A stretch of DNA of 64,000 nt from an uncultured delta proteobacterium (GCA_963815115.1 CAWFFN010000008.1:768001-832000), one strand, 5' to 3'; numbered from the stretch's first letter, positions 39,594-50,997 are shown. Notes: a model not told the origin generated them from the sequence alone. Program-made: numbers and translations.

Positions 39594-40316
39594 TCAGCCA
39601 CGCGGGACAACGTAGAACGCGACGACGACATAGTGTGCGACCGCTGCTGCGATCACGAGCGCATGGAACACCTCGTGATAGCCGAACACTTCGGGCGCGG
39701 GGTCCGGACGTCTGAGGGCGTAGACTGCGGCACCCGCCGAGTAGAACACGCCGCCCAGCACGATCAGGCCGGTGGCCGTCGCGCCGAGCTGCGAGACGAG
39801 CTCGGGGAAGGCCACGACGGCTACCCAGCCGAGCGAGATGTACACGATGGCGCTGAACCATTTCGGGGCGTCGATCCAGACCATGTTCAGCGCCATTCCC
39901 AGGAGCGCCCCGCCCCACACCACGGCGAGTACGACGAGCGCGAGCGTCCCCGGGAGTACCAGTACGCCGAACGGTGTGTACGTGCCGGCGATCAGCAGGA
40001 AGATCATCGAGTGGTCGAGCCGCCGCATCCACCGACGTACGGGAACCGACCACGTCACTTCATTGTAGAGCGCGCTTACGCCGAATAGTGCCGAGAGGCT
40101 GAGGGCATAGACCATCGCTGCGGCGACGGCCCTCTTGGTGGGGGCTACGAGGATCAGAGCGACGCCCGTAAACAGGGAGGCGAAGAAGGCCCATCGGTGC
40201 GATACGCCTCGAAGCCGCGGCTTCACGAGCCGCGGCTGGCCGCCGATGGGCTCGGGGGCTTCAGGGTCACTCGCTGCGCGGCTCGGGAGAGGCCGGAAGT
40301 AGTGCGAGCCCTTCAC
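39594..40316 (-). CDS. hemolysin III / PAQR family membrane protein
   Basis: KPRLRGVSH, RRLDHSMIFLLIAGTYTP, FGYHEVFH. Confidence 0.92.
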   Translation of the reverse strand: MKGSHYFRPLPSRAASDPEAPEPIGGQPRLVKPRLRGVSHRWAFFASLFTGVALILVAPTKRAVAAAMVYALSLSALFGVSALYNEVTWSVPVRRWMRRLDHSMIFLLIAGTYTPFGVLVLPGTLALVVLAVVWGGALLGMALNMVWIDAPKWFSAIVYISLGWVAVVAFPELVSQLGATATGLIVLGGVFYSAGAAVYALRRPDPAPEVFGYHEVFHALVIAAAVAHYVVVAFYVVPRG

Positions 40317-40604
40317 CTCGATGCTCGACTGACGCGTATCACGTCGTTCTTCGCGGTAGGGCGAGCCTCTGCGCGAACGAGGAAGAGGCTCGCCGCACGA
40401 GGAGAGCGGCAGGAAGTCGAGGCATGAAAGCGCCTCCTATGGCATCACTTCTGCGCTTCGCAATCCGGTCGGTATCCGAAGGGCCAGCGGCCGATATCCC
40501 ATTGACGAGGTCGTGAGCCCCGGCGCGTAGCTTGGCCGGTGTCGACGCGCCGGCCGAACTCGCCGGCGTGCAAGTGAGCGTGAGCATGCTTGTTGATGGC
40601 GTTG

Positions 40605-40830
40605 CGCTCACGCCTCAAGCATCGCCGCGGTCCGATGAAGGCCATCGTCGCGGTGGCCACCTCCATGCTCACGGCCGGCTACTACATGCTGCGCGACGAC
40701 CAAGAGTATCACGACCTCGGGGCCGCCCGCTTCCAGCGCGGTGACCACGACCGCCTCGTCGCCGTGCTCACCCGCCGCCTCCACCACCTCGGCTACGAGG
40801 TCATCCCCCCCGCCCCACCGCATGACGCCG
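40605..40830 (+). mobile_element. IS110 transposase C-terminal remnant
   Basis: RRGPMKAIVAVATSML...YHDLG...RRLHHLGYEV. Confidence 0.8.
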
Positions 40831-41210
40831 CGTACGGAGCGAGTTGCTTGGTAGCCCACCGCCCTTCCGTAACGACGGGAGCCTGAGAGGAACAGCCGCA
40901 AGGTCCGCAGGCTGTTCCGCGATCTCTGGAGCAATGAGGACGCCGGCACGAACCGCGTCGCGGCGAGCGTGATGCAGGGCGAGCAGGTGTGGCTCGAGGC
41001 AGGGGCCATGGACATCGGCCTCACGCCGGAGGCCTTCAAGACGCGCTCGCTACTGGCGCAGCGTCGGGAGAGTTCCGAGAGAGCGGCCGCGGACGCGTCG
41101 TGACACCTCTACTACCAGGGCCTCGACGCGGACCAGGCCGCCCACGTCGAGGTACCTCCGTCACGCTCGCCGACGACGAATCACGAAGCGGAGGTGAGCC
41201 CGGCGGGCAA

Positions 41211-41458
41211 TGCGTCGGAACGTACACTGGCCACATCCGGTCTCGGCATCGGGGGTACCGACAGCGGTAGAGGCACTGGAGGTCGGTCTCTGCTACCACG
41301 CTGCTACCACTCTGCCCCAAACCAGGACGCACGAGGCGAAAGTGTGGTCAGTCGGGATCCTCGGTTTTCTGCTGGGATAGCTCTTCCTCGTGCGGCGGAG
41401 TTTCGCGCCGATCGGAGTTCGCAATCAGAGGTCGCCGGTTCGACTCCGGCGGGTGGCT
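41211..41458 (+). mobile_element. type B att-like end plus tRNA-Thr 3' half (core 41418-41458)
   Basis: TTCGCAATCAGAGGTCGCCGGTTCGACTCCGGCGGGTGGCT; arm homologous to 27596-27809. Confidence 0.82.
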
Positions 41459-41482
41459 CTCCGATTGGCAAATGATTTCGAT

Positions 41483-41935
41483 GGTCTTGGGACGGCGAGG
41501 TCACGATCGGCGAGTCGGGCGCCATCCTCGAGCACGTGATCGAGCGCCACGGCGGCGGGCGCCTGGCGCCGCCCGTCGGCTCAACCGGGCACGGTCGCTA
41601 CCGCGCACTGGCTCCACTTCGCCGAAGACACGCTCTCGGTCCCGCTGTCGACCATCCTCTGGCACGCCGTCTAAAAAGGGCGACGCCGGCTGCTGACCGC
41701 AGTGGCCGACGCGAGCGAGCACGCGCACACGACGCTCGCGATCGTCGAGCAGGCGCTCGAGGGGCGCGAGTACCTCGCCGACCCGGGGTTCACGGTTCGC
41801 AGACATCATGATCGGCTGAAGGCTGATCGCGGCCCGCGTGCTCGGCGTGCTCGACGGGCGCTACCCGAACCTCATCGCCTATCTCGCGCGTCTCGGGGCG
41901 CGGCCGGTGTTTCGGCGCGCCGCCGCGGACTCAAG
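41483..41935 (+). pseudogene. glutathione S-transferase, 5'-truncated and frameshifted
   Basis: DGEVTIGESGAILEH, LEGREYL...FT.ADIM, YPNL.AY..RL.ARP. Confidence 0.8.
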
Positions 41936-42743
41936 TGTTCGCGCGGAGGAAATCCGTCACGAGCTGATGGACCCCGACCGGGTCCTGCGCCGGATAACCG
42001 TGGCCGGCGCCGGCGACGATGTGCAGCCGAGCGCCGGGAATGCGCCGCGCCAGCACGTGCGCGTTCTCGACGGGGATCAGCACGTCGCGGTCGCCGTGCA
42101 CGATCAGCGTCGGCGCCGTGATCTCCGGAAGACGCTCGTGCGTGGTCCAGCCGAACAGGCCGGCCATCGCGTGGTGCGCCGTCTCCGGCGGCGTCGGCGG
42201 GAGCATCGGCGCCATCATCAGGAGCAGGTCGCGGATCGCCGGGTTGGCGGCGATCCACTCCGGCGTGAAGAGGAGCGGCAGCTGGCGATCGACCCACGCT
42301 TCGACATCCCCGTTGCCCATGCTCCCGACGACGTCGATGAGCGTCTCGATGATCTCGGGGTCGGCCATCGTCGAGTGCTCGCCGCCACAGAGCGTGCAGC
42401 CGAGGACGAGGGAGCGAACCCTGGTCGAATGACGCAGCACCAGCTCCTGCGCGATCATGCCGCCCATCGATACGCCGTAGACATGAGCGCGCGCGATGCC
42501 GAGATGATCGAGCAGCCCGGCAGCGTCGTTGGCCATCTGCACGATGGTGTAAGGTCCGGCCGGCCTGTCGCTCCGCCCGGTGCCGCGGTTGTCGTAGTAG
42601 ATGCAGCGGAAGCCGTTCAGGAAGGGCAGGGAGCCGAGCCACGCGTCTCCTGGCATGCCATAGCCCATGATGAGCAGGAGCGGCTCGCCCTCGCCCGCTT
42701 CGTCGTAGTGGATCTTCACCCCGTCGATCGTCGTGTGCGGCAT
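41931..42743 (-). CDS. alpha/beta hydrolase
   Basis: DNRGTGRS, GVSMGG, HGDRD, GAGH; GGAG RBS. Confidence 0.92.
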   Translation of the reverse strand: MPHTTIDGVKIHYDEAGEGEPLLLIMGYGMPGDAWLGSLPFLNGFRCIYYDNRGTGRSDRPAGPYTIVQMANDAAGLLDHLGIARAHVYGVSMGGMIAQELVLRHSTRVRSLVLGCTLCGGEHSTMADPEIIETLIDVVGSMGNGDVEAWVDRQLPLLFTPEWIAANPAIRDLLLMMAPMLPPTPPETAHHAMAGLFGWTTHERLPEITAPTLIVHGDRDVLIPVENAHVLARRIPGARLHIVAGAGHGYPAQDPVGVHQLVTDFLRANT

Positions 42744-42775
42744 TGTCTCCGTGCCTAGCACGACGACCGCCGGCT

Positions 42776-43925
42776 TCAAATGCCGCCGGCCCGGCCGGCA
42801 CGGACCGGCAGCCGCTCGAGCCCGCGCAGGATGAGGGTTTGGCGCCACACCGGCTCGCCCGCGAGCCCGAGACGAGGGAAGCGCGCGAGCAACGCGGGAA
42901 TGGCGGCGCGCGCCTCCATGCGGGAGAGCTGCGCGCCCGGGCAGAAATGGGTTCCGAGCCCGAAGCCCAAGTGGGGGTTCGGCGTGCGCGTCAGATCGAG
43001 CCGGCCGGGCGAGGTAAAGGCGGCCGGGTCGCGATTGGCCGGCCCGATGCCGAGCAGGCACGGACTCGCCCGGTCGAAGCGGCTTGCCCCGGAGCTCGCA
43101 CGGCTGTGCGACGACGCGGGACACGAACTGCGGCGGGCCGTCCCAGCGCACGAGCTCCTCGACGGCGGGCACGGCGAGCGCGGGGTCCGCGCGCAGCCGC
43201 GCGAGCTCCGCCGGATGTCGCCGGAGCGCGAGCACGCCGTTCGCGATCAGGCTGACGGTCGTCTCGTGTCCCCCGAAGACGAGCACCGCGCACATGGCGA
43301 CGACCTCGAGCGGCGCGAGCCGATCGCCGTCGTGCTCCGCGCGGAGCAGCCGCCGGACGAGGTCGTCGCCCGGGGTATCCGCACGCTCCGTGACGAGCTC
43401 GAGAAAGTACGTGCCGAGCTGACGGAGGCCGCTCGCCGCGTCGTCGCTCCCGTAGAAGCGATCCATGCCGCCGGCGATCGCACGCGAGAGCGCCTGGAAC
43501 CGCCCCGATCGGCCTCGGGGACGTCGAACAGCTCGGCGATGACGCGGATCGGGAGCGCGTACGCGAAGTCGGCGACTAGGTCGACCTCGGTCGCGCCGGT
43601 GAGGCCGGCCACGAGTTCCTCGACGATCGCGTCGATGCGCGGCGCGATCGCGCGGACACGAGGAACGAGCGCCGCGTTGAGGAGCGCTCGCACGGCGAGG
43701 CAGTTGGGCGGGTCGGACGAGATCGTGCGGAGGCTCGCCGGCGGCGCCGGCTGCGGGGCGCGCGACGCCCGGCGGCGATCGGCCGAGAATCGGTCGTCGT
43801 CGCGGAGCGCCGCCGCGACGCCGTCGTGGCGGAAGAGCACCCACGCCCGGAGCTTCTCGCTGCAGCGCACGGGGTCCGCGGCGCGCAGGATGGCGGGCAG
43901 GACGGCCGCGTTCCCGGCGCTGCTA
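42776..43925 (-). pseudogene. cytochrome P450, multiply frameshifted
   Basis: LPIRVIAEL, GGHETT, EELVR, ANRDP, FGLGTHFCPG in three frames. Confidence 0.88.
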
Positions 43926-43997
43926 GGGCCGCACGTCTGCCGCGATCGTCCTCGGCATTTCGCCGATCACGAAGCCCCCCGGAGTGGAGAGAGCCGC

Positions 43998-44975
43998 ATG
44001 CGAATCGAAGACGGAACTCACGGATTTCGATCCGAGGATCGGTGCCATCCCGCGCCCCGCGGATCGACCCTCGCGGGTTCCATCGTCCTCGCCGCCAGGC
44101 TGCTTCTCGGCGGCGACGCCCGAGCAGTCCTCCTCCAGCCGGGCTTCGACCAGGTGTTCATCGACGACGTCGCCGGTCAGACCCGGGCCTGGGGCATCGC
44201 CGTCGCGGACTTCGACGACGACGGCATCGACATCGTCTCCGGCAATACGGCGGGAGACGTCCACCTCTACACCGGCAACGGCGACGGGACGTTCGTCGAT
44301 CGCGGCGTCCGGATCCAACATGTCGTTCAACGACGCGTACGGTCTCGCCGCCGGGGGACTTCAACGGGCACGCCGACTTCGTGCTGAGCCGCACGGGCGG
44401 CAGCGCGACGTCGACCACCGACGGCAACCTCCTCCTCTACCTCGGCAACGGCACGTTCCAGTCGACGGGCTTTCCCCAGCTCGGCCTTCTCGTCGGCGAC
44501 GCTGGGACGGACGTCGTGACGCTCGCCGCGGCCGACGTGGACGCCGACGGCGACGTGAACCCAGTCGCCGGGCGACGTCACCGCCGCGCCGACGTCGCGG
44601 TCTTCCGCAACGGCGACAACGACGCGCTCGGCTATCCGCTCTGGACCGCCTCGACGGTGATCTCGGCGGCCACTCTCTCGCCCCCCCCGAGCCGGAGCAG
44701 CCGCCCTACTTCCCCCCGACGAGCTTCCTGCAGGGCTCGCGTTCGGTGACGTCGACGGCGACGGCGACCCCGATCTGCTCGTGGGCGACCGGGCGAGCTA
44801 CCTCTACGTCTACGCGAACGACGGCGCCGGCCGCTTCGCCGCGATCCGGTACGATCGCATCGGGACGCGACCCTTCGCCTTCGATCGCATCCACGAGACC
44901 TTCGCGACCCAGCTCCCCATCGCGACCGGCGATCTGAACGCCGACGGGCTCGTCGACTGCGTCACCCGCGCGACC
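43998..44975 (+). pseudogene. FG-GAP/VCBS repeat secreted protein, frameshifted
   Basis: ADFDDDG.D, GNGDGTF, GDFNG, ADVDADGD, GDVDGDGDPDL, GDLNADGLVD. Confidence 0.78.
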
Positions 44976-45347
44976 GGACAGATAGGGCGGACAATGCCAA
45001 TGCCGGTCGGCCAGCGTGAAAGTGGCATTCTCATTGAGTGCCCCATCTTCAAGTCGCCCTCGTGACCCAGAACGTTTTCGGCGTCGTCGCGATCTGCGGC
45101 GCGGCGTCGGACACCTGCCTCACGTTCGGAGACGGGGGCACCCGGACCTGGCTCTGGCGCTCGGCCTCGCTCCATTGCGAGTCGACCTGGCACCGCCTGC
45201 GGACGGAAGCGGACGGCGGAGCGACCTGCGAGCTCTCGCTCGACGCCGGCTATCCGCGCGAGTGGCTCGATGCAGCTCCGCTCTGCTGGGACGAGCGGTG
45301 AGGCATCGCCACCCACCGCGACGGAGGCTGACCCCGGTCTGGGCGCC

Positions 45348-46232
45348 TCACGAGCGCGCGCGGATCTCGGCGACCGCGATTCGGTAGAAGGCGTAGCCAC
45401 GCTGCGGCTCGGCGCCCTTGAGGTAGCGCGCGCGGTACTCGTCGGCGTTCAGGTCCTCGACCAGGCAGAGCCCACACCGCTCGACGAAGGGCGCGACCTG
45501 CGGCGGGTGGAGGCCGAAGGTCCACGGCTCTCCGAGCTCGCGCACGTTGCGCATCATGTGCTCACCGCCGTCGAAGCGCGCGCTGCCATCGAGGAGCCCG
45601 CCGTGCACGTAGGTGAACACCACCGCGCTGCCCGCGGGGCCCCGACCGATCCACGACAGCACGGACACGACGGCAGCCTCGGTGAGGTAGTTCGTCACGC
45701 CCTCCCAGATGAAGAGCGTCGGAGCGCCCGCGTCCCAGCCCTCGGCGGCGAGGCGCTGCGCCGGATCGTCGCGCAGGAAGTCCACCGCCACGTAGTGCAC
45801 GTCGCCGCGCACCGGCAGCGTCACCTGCCTCAGCCGGTCGCGCTTGTAGGCCTGCGTCTCGGCGCGATCGACCTCGTATACCGCCGCCTCCCGCAGCTCG
45901 GGCAGCCGGTGCGCGCGGCAGTCGAAGCCCGCGCCGAGCAGCACCACCTGCCGCACGCCCGCGGCGGCTCGCCGCCGCACCACCTCGTCGATGAAGCAGG
46001 TGCGCGCGATGGCAGAGGTGCGCGCCCCCGGAGCACGGCGGTCGGCGTAGCGCGTCAGTAGCCTCCGAAATGGCTTGAGCCGCGCGGCGCGCACCAGCAT
46101 CGCCAGGTCGGCGGTGAGGAAGGCGGTCGCGAACGGGTCGCGGAACCGCGGCCTCGGAGCGCCCGTCTCCAGCGCCCGGTAGAGCGCCACGTACCGTGCG
46201 GTGCGGCTCACGCCGATGGTGCGTTCCGTCAC
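45348..46232 (-). CDS. SAM-dependent methyltransferase, LCM family
   Basis: VSRTA..VA..RA, DPFA, RT.FID, QVVLLGAGFD.RA.RL, WEGVTNYL. Confidence 0.9.
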   Translation of the reverse strand: MTERTIGVSRTARYVALYRALETGAPRPRFRDPFATAFLTADLAMLVRAARLKPFRRLLTRYADRRAPGARTSAIARTCFIDEVVRRRAAAGVRQVVLLGAGFDCRAHRLPELREAAVYEVDRAETQAYKRDRLRQVTLPVRGDVHYVAVDFLRDDPAQRLAAEGWDAGAPTLFIWEGVTNYLTEAAVVSVLSWIGRGPAGSAVVFTYVHGGLLDGSARFDGGEHMMRNVRELGEPWTFGLHPPQVAPFVERCGLCLVEDLNADEYRARYLKGAEPQRGYAFYRIAVAEIRARS

Positions 46233-46625
46233 GGCGCAATCAAACCAGCCCTCGACTTGCCGAGGAAGAACGCGACCGCGGCGCAGGGCAGCCCCGCCAC
46301 CGCGGTGAGCACGATGACGCGCGAGCGGCGGGCCAGCCCCTCTTCGGTGCCGCGGTGGCGGGCGATGACGAGCCCCACGCACACCGCGTTCGCCGCCACG
46401 GCGGCGAGGCCGAACGCGACCTTCACCGCCAGCGCGCCGTCGAGCACCCGCCCCCGGAGCAGCGCCGCGCCGCTGCCCACCACCGCCGCCAAGAGGGGCA
46501 GCTCGACGAACAGGTCCACGCAATAGTGCAGCGTCGCCACCGCCCGGCGCAGCTCGGGCCGCGCCCGGGCGAAGAGCTCGAGGACCGACTCCGCGAGCAC
46601 CACCCCGCCCCAGAGCTCCAGCACA
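46229..46625 (-). pseudogene. membrane protein, 5'-truncated
   Basis: WGGVVLAE, HY.VDL.VELP; 5' end replaced by the toxin remnant. Confidence 0.6.
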
Positions 46626-46787
46626 CGAAATCTCCTCCGTGACCTGCGCCACCCCTCCTTGCGAGCCAAGAAGTACGAGGAACGTACGGACGTCTGGCAA
46701 GCTCGGATCAACGACGACTGGCGCATGTATTTCACCATCGAAGGGGACGCCTACGTACTGCGAGCGATCACACCACACCCCAAGTAG
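46626..46787 (+). pseudogene. third, 5'-truncated copy of the RelE-like toxin
   Basis: NLLRDLRHPSLRAKKYEERTDVWQARINDDWRMYFTIEGDAYVLRAITPHPK-stop. Confidence 0.9.
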
Positions 46788-46906
46788 CTAGCTCGCGACA
46801 TCTTCGTAGGGCTTCCCATACGAGCGCGGTCGCCAGCGATCCCGCGCCGCAGGCCTCACCGGCGCGTGGAATCAATAGCTCATCACCGCCCGCCCATCCC
46901 TCGCAC

Positions 46907-47290
46907 ATGACACAGGCACGCCGCCCACCACGAGCCCACAGGTGGGAGTTCGCCGCGCGGTTTCGCCGCCACGCCTTCGGCTGGAGGTCGGCGCCCGCGA
47001 TCGAGCGGGTTCGGCAGGCGGTGGCGGAGATCAAGGCCGTCGCGAGACGGGACGCCGTGCTGGCTGCCGACGGCGCGGTCGTGTTCCTCGAGCGCGTGTC
47101 GCCCGCGCTCGAGCAGGTGGACAGCTCCTCGGAGGCGATCGGCACCGCGGTCAACCAGGCGATCGCCAAGCTGGTGCGGGTGATCGCCGCCGCGCCCGCC
47201 GATGCCAGCCCCGACCCAAACCTGCGCGGGCACTTCCATGGGACATCGGCGTGTCTGAGCGCCCTCTACCGGGCCGGCGAGCAGCTTGAT
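46907..47290 (+). pseudogene. conserved hypothetical protein, internally deleted
   Basis: WEF..RFRRHAFGWRS, FLERVSPALEQVDSSS.AIG, FHGTSACLSAL; abuts the integrase remnant. Confidence 0.55.
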
Positions 47291-47299
47291 CTCGGCGAG

Positions 47300-47849
47300 G
47301 ATTGCCCGGGCCCTGCCTCAGCGGCATCCGGTGCGCCGTCCCGTTTTCTCCGTCTCGGGCGGGATCGTCCACCAGCCCGACCCGAAGTGGATCTGGTTCC
47401 CAACGCATCCCCAGAATCTCACCGCCGCGCCGGGCAGTGAGCAGCCGCGGCTTGTAGCTCGCCATCACGAGGGGACGCTCCGCCTCGAACTCCTTCCAGA
47501 GCACGCCGATCTCGGACTCGGCGAGCACCCGGTCGCGGCGGTGCTCAGGCGCTGGCTGCGGCAGCCCGTGGCCGCTTTCACCTCCGCCGGGTCCGTCCCC
47601 TGGAAGACCTGGCTCATCACGGTCTTCGCCCGCGCTCGCGCGTCCGCGAGCGGCACATAGGGATACGGCCCGATGGTGACCCGGCGCACCCGACCGCGGA
47701 ACCGGTACATGACGACCCACGACTTCCGCCCCGCCGGTGACACGCGCACGCCGGAGCCCGGCCAGCGCAGGTCGAAGTAGTCGACCTGACGGGATCGGAT
47801 CGGGACGCAGCGCCTGCACGGTGCGATCGGTGAGTTTCCCGCGCGGCAT
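47300..47849 (-). pseudogene. tyrosine integrase remnant with N-terminal arm-binding domain
   Basis: KLTDR.V..L, GVRVSPAGRKSWVVMYR, TIG.YP.V.LADAR..A, DP; RDRVL..EI, LLTARRGGEI..MRW; deleted and frameshifted. Confidence 0.88.
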
Positions 47850-48086
47850 CTGTTACCTCCTGTTACCTTCGCCCGCTCGAGGCCGGAAAAGTCACACTGG
47901 CCTGCGGGGACGACCTGCGCCGAGGGTCTCGCGGCGGCGCTACGCCTGATGGCCGCGGGTAGCCTTCCGGCGTCGGTTTGCGTAACCTTCCCAGGCTCGA
48001 TCCTTCCAACTCGACACTGCTCTATGGGTATGGATGGACGGATCCGTCTGACGCACGCGCGACGGCCGCGAAGCGAGCAGTAGACA

Positions 48087-50093
48087 ATGGCGAACCCACC
48101 AACTGAGAAGGCGCCGGCAGGTCCCGCTGGCGACGGGTCCAAGAGCTCGAAAGACACTGCTTCCGGCCAGCGGCGTATGCTGCCGCCGCCCTGGTGGCTG
48201 ATCTTCCTGGTCGTCATGACGGCCAACTACATGGTGATGCGAGTGCTCTCCCCGGAGCCATCCTCGGTTGCGGTCTCCTATACGTTCTTCAAGAGGCAGG
48301 TCGAGGCGGGCAATGTCGAGAGTGTCACCAGTGTGGGCGACTCGATCCGCGGTACCTTCAAGACGGAAGTCACCTATCCACCCCAGGAGTCTCAGGCGCC
48401 GAGCGCCAAAGCGCCAGCGTCGCCTTCCTCGGATCAACCCAAGCCGCGCACGTCGATGCGGTTCAAGACGCAGCGGCCGGTCTTCGCCGACCCGGGTCTC
48501 GAACGGTTGCTCGAAGAGAAGGGCGTGGTGGTCGAGGCCGTGGATGAGAGTCGTTCATCCTGGTTCACGCTGTTGGTCGGCTTCGGTCCCACCCTGCTAC
48601 TGATCGCTGCGTTCGTGTGGATCAGTCGCCGCGCCGCGGCGGCGGGTGGCGGGCTGTTCAGCCTCGGTCGCAGCCGCGCCAAGCGCTACAGTGAGGAGCA
48701 GCCGAAGGTCACCTTCGACGATGTCGCCGGCATCGACGAGGCCGAGAACGAGCTCGTCGAGATCGTCGACTTCCTGAAGAACCCGGCCAAGTACCAGCGG
48801 CTCGGCGGCACGGTGCCGAAGGGCGTGCTGCTGGTCGGTGCGCCCGGAACCGGCAAGACGCTGCTGGCGCGGGCGATTGCCGGACAGGCGGGCGTCCCCT
48901 TCTTCAGTCTCAGCGCCTCCGAGTTCGTCGAGATGATCGTTGGCGTCGGCGCGTCGCGCGTACGCGACCTGTTCAGGCAGGCTCGAGAGGCCGCACCGTC
49001 GATCATCTTCATCGACGAGCTGGACGCCATCGGTCGCACGCGCGGCAGCGGCGCGCAGCTCGGCGGCCACGACGAGCGCGAACAGACATTGAACCAGATC
49101 CTGACCGAGATGGACGGCTTCGACTCTCGGGAAGGTGTCATTGTCCTGGCCGCCACCAACCGCGCCGACGTGCTGGACCTCGCGCTGCTGCGACCGGGCC
49201 GCTTCGACCGCCGCGTCGTGGTGCAGCGTCCCGACCGTGCCGGCCGCGCCGCGATTCTCAAGGTGCACACGAAGAACGTCCCATTGGCGCCGGATGTCTC
49301 TCTCGAGCGCATTGCCGCCGAGACGCCCGGTCTGGTGGGCGCCGAGCTGCGCAACTTGGTCAACGAGGCGGCTCTGCTGGCAGCGCGCAAGGACGCGAGC
49401 GCCGTCCGCGCCGAGGACTTTGCGGAAGCGATGGAGAAGATCACCCTCGGACCGGCCCGCAACATTTTGCTCAACCCGGTCGATCGGGAGCGTACCGCTT
49501 ATCACGAGGCGGGCCACGCGCTGCTCGCACTTTTGCTGCCCCGCAGCGACCCGGTTCACCGCGTCTCGATCGTGCCGCGCGGCATGGCGCTGGGAGTGAC
49601 GTATCAACTCCCCGTCGACGATCGTACCAGCTACGCCGAAGACTACCTGCGGGCGCGCATCACCAGCGCACTCGGCGGCCGGGCGGCCGAGAAGCTCGTC
49701 TATGGAGTGATGACGACGGGTGCCGAGAACGACCTCCAGCAGGTCACCGAGATTGCGCGTCACATGGTGCTGCGTTGGGGAATGAGTGAGAAGCTCGGCC
49801 CGATCAGCTTTGTCGCGCCCCAGGACGAGGGCTTGCCGCCGGCCTTCCAGCACCAGCCCTACAGCGAGGCCACCTCGGAGCTCATCGACGCCGAGGTCCG
49901 CCGTATCGTCGAGGAGAGTCACCGTGAAGCCGACCGGCTGCTGGCTGTGCACCGCGACAAGCTGGAGGCTCTCGCTCAGGCTCTCCTGAAAGCGGAATCC
50001 CTCAACGAGAAGGAGATCCGGGAAGTCACCGGCCTGACCGAGCCGCCCGGGCAGGAGGACACGTCCTCACGCCTCCACGCGGGCAAGAGATAG
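48087..50093 (+). CDS. ftsH: ATP-dependent zinc metalloprotease FtsH
   Basis: Two TM segments, [30 protein letters not shown]. Confidence 0.96.
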   Translation: MANPPTEKAPAGPAGDGSKSSKDTASGQRRMLPPPWWLIFLVVMTANYMVMRVLSPEPSSVAVSYTFFKRQVEAGNVESVTSVGDSIRGTFKTEVTYPPQESQAPSAKAPASPSSDQPKPRTSMRFKTQRPVFADPGLERLLEEKGVVVEAVDESRSSWFTLLVGFGPTLLLIAAFVWISRRAAAAGGGLFSLGRSRAKRYSEEQPKVTFDDVAGIDEAENELVEIVDFLKNPAKYQRLGGTVPKGVLLVGAPGTGKTLLARAIAGQAGVPFFSLSASEFVEMIVGVGASRVRDLFRQAREAAPSIIFIDELDAIGRTRGSGAQLGGHDEREQTLNQILTEMDGFDSREGVIVLAATNRADVLDLALLRPGRFDRRVVVQRPDRAGRAAILKVHTKNVPLAPDVSLERIAAETPGLVGAELRNLVNEAALLAARKDASAVRAEDFAEAMEKITLGPARNILLNPVDRERTAYHEAGHALLALLLPRSDPVHRVSIVPRGMALGVTYQLPVDDRTSYAEDYLRARITSALGGRAAEKLVYGVMTTGAENDLQQVTEIARHMVLRWGMSEKLGPISFVAPQDEGLPPAFQHQPYSEATSELIDAEVRRIVEESHREADRLLAVHRDKLEALAQALLKAESLNEKEIREVTGLTEPPGQEDTSSRLHAGKR

Positions 50094-50439
50094 CGCTATA
50101 GCGTCCCACCGCGATCGGTCCGCTCGCTCCACTCCGCGGGGAGTCGGCACCGCCATGCTCAACTACTGATAGCCCGTTCGCAACACGTAGAGCACGCCGT
50201 CGAGGGACCTGGCGTGCCGGAATCCAGGGGTGCCGCGCGAGCGCCGTAACTCCTCGCGAGGCAGCACGTGTTGCACGATGAGCCAAAAAATGATCCGCGA
50301 CCCGCCAGATCGTCTGTGTGTGCTGCCGCTCCTATCTCAGCCCAAGACCCCTGCTCCAGGCAGTGCGTGTGCGGGTTACCACAGGTCGCAAAACGGATCC
50401 ACTCTTGAGCACGTGTCGGATAAGTTTTTCGGAGCGATT

Positions 50440-50997
50440 CTGAAGCGAGGGCGTACCGGCGTCGCCTGGGCAACGGGTGTGCTCCTGCTCGTGGCGGTCG
50501 GCGTCCCGCTCGCCATCCTCGGGCTACGCGACCGCGAACGAAGTCTGCCGCGCTGGCTCCAGCGCCTTCCGTGGGCTCACGAGGTGTTCGCAGCGATCGC
50601 CGACGCCCATCCCGGTGCAATCTTCGGCGGGACGCTGGCCCCGGAGACCGTGACGCTCCAGCTCGCGATCTTCGCACTCGACGCGACCACGCTCGGGATC
50701 ATGCTGCTCGCGATCGCAACACCGACCGACGCGGCGGTGGTCTTTGCGAGCTTCGTCGTCGCGTCGATGGTGGCTACGCTCTCCTGGGTGCCTGGCGGGC
50801 TCGGGACCTTCGAGGGGACCTGCGTGGCCATGCTGCACGTACACGGCGTAGCGATCGAGGCGGCGCTGGCCGCCACGCTCCTCGCGCGCGGCTTCACCTT
50901 CTGGCTTCCCATGGCGCCGGGCCTTGCAATTGCGCGGCGCGAGATGATGCGCGGGACGACCACCGCTGGGCCAACAACCTGGGCGGAGACGCCGTGA
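50440..50997 (+). pseudogene. lysylphosphatidylglycerol synthase-like TM domain, C-terminal part
   Basis: PGGLGTFEG, AATLL.RGFTFWLP; overlaps the mgtA start; no credible 5' end. Confidence 0.7.

Noticed and set aside
41931-43844. P450-hydrolase fusion protein of 637 aa
   Set aside because: Arises from P450 frameshifts; the heme Cys motif is in another frame and the hydrolase has its own RBS and start
50571-50993. N-terminal extension of MgtA to 988 aa
   Set aside because: Arg-rich off-frame translation of the upstream membrane gene fragment; GTG at 50994 with GGAG RBS fits better
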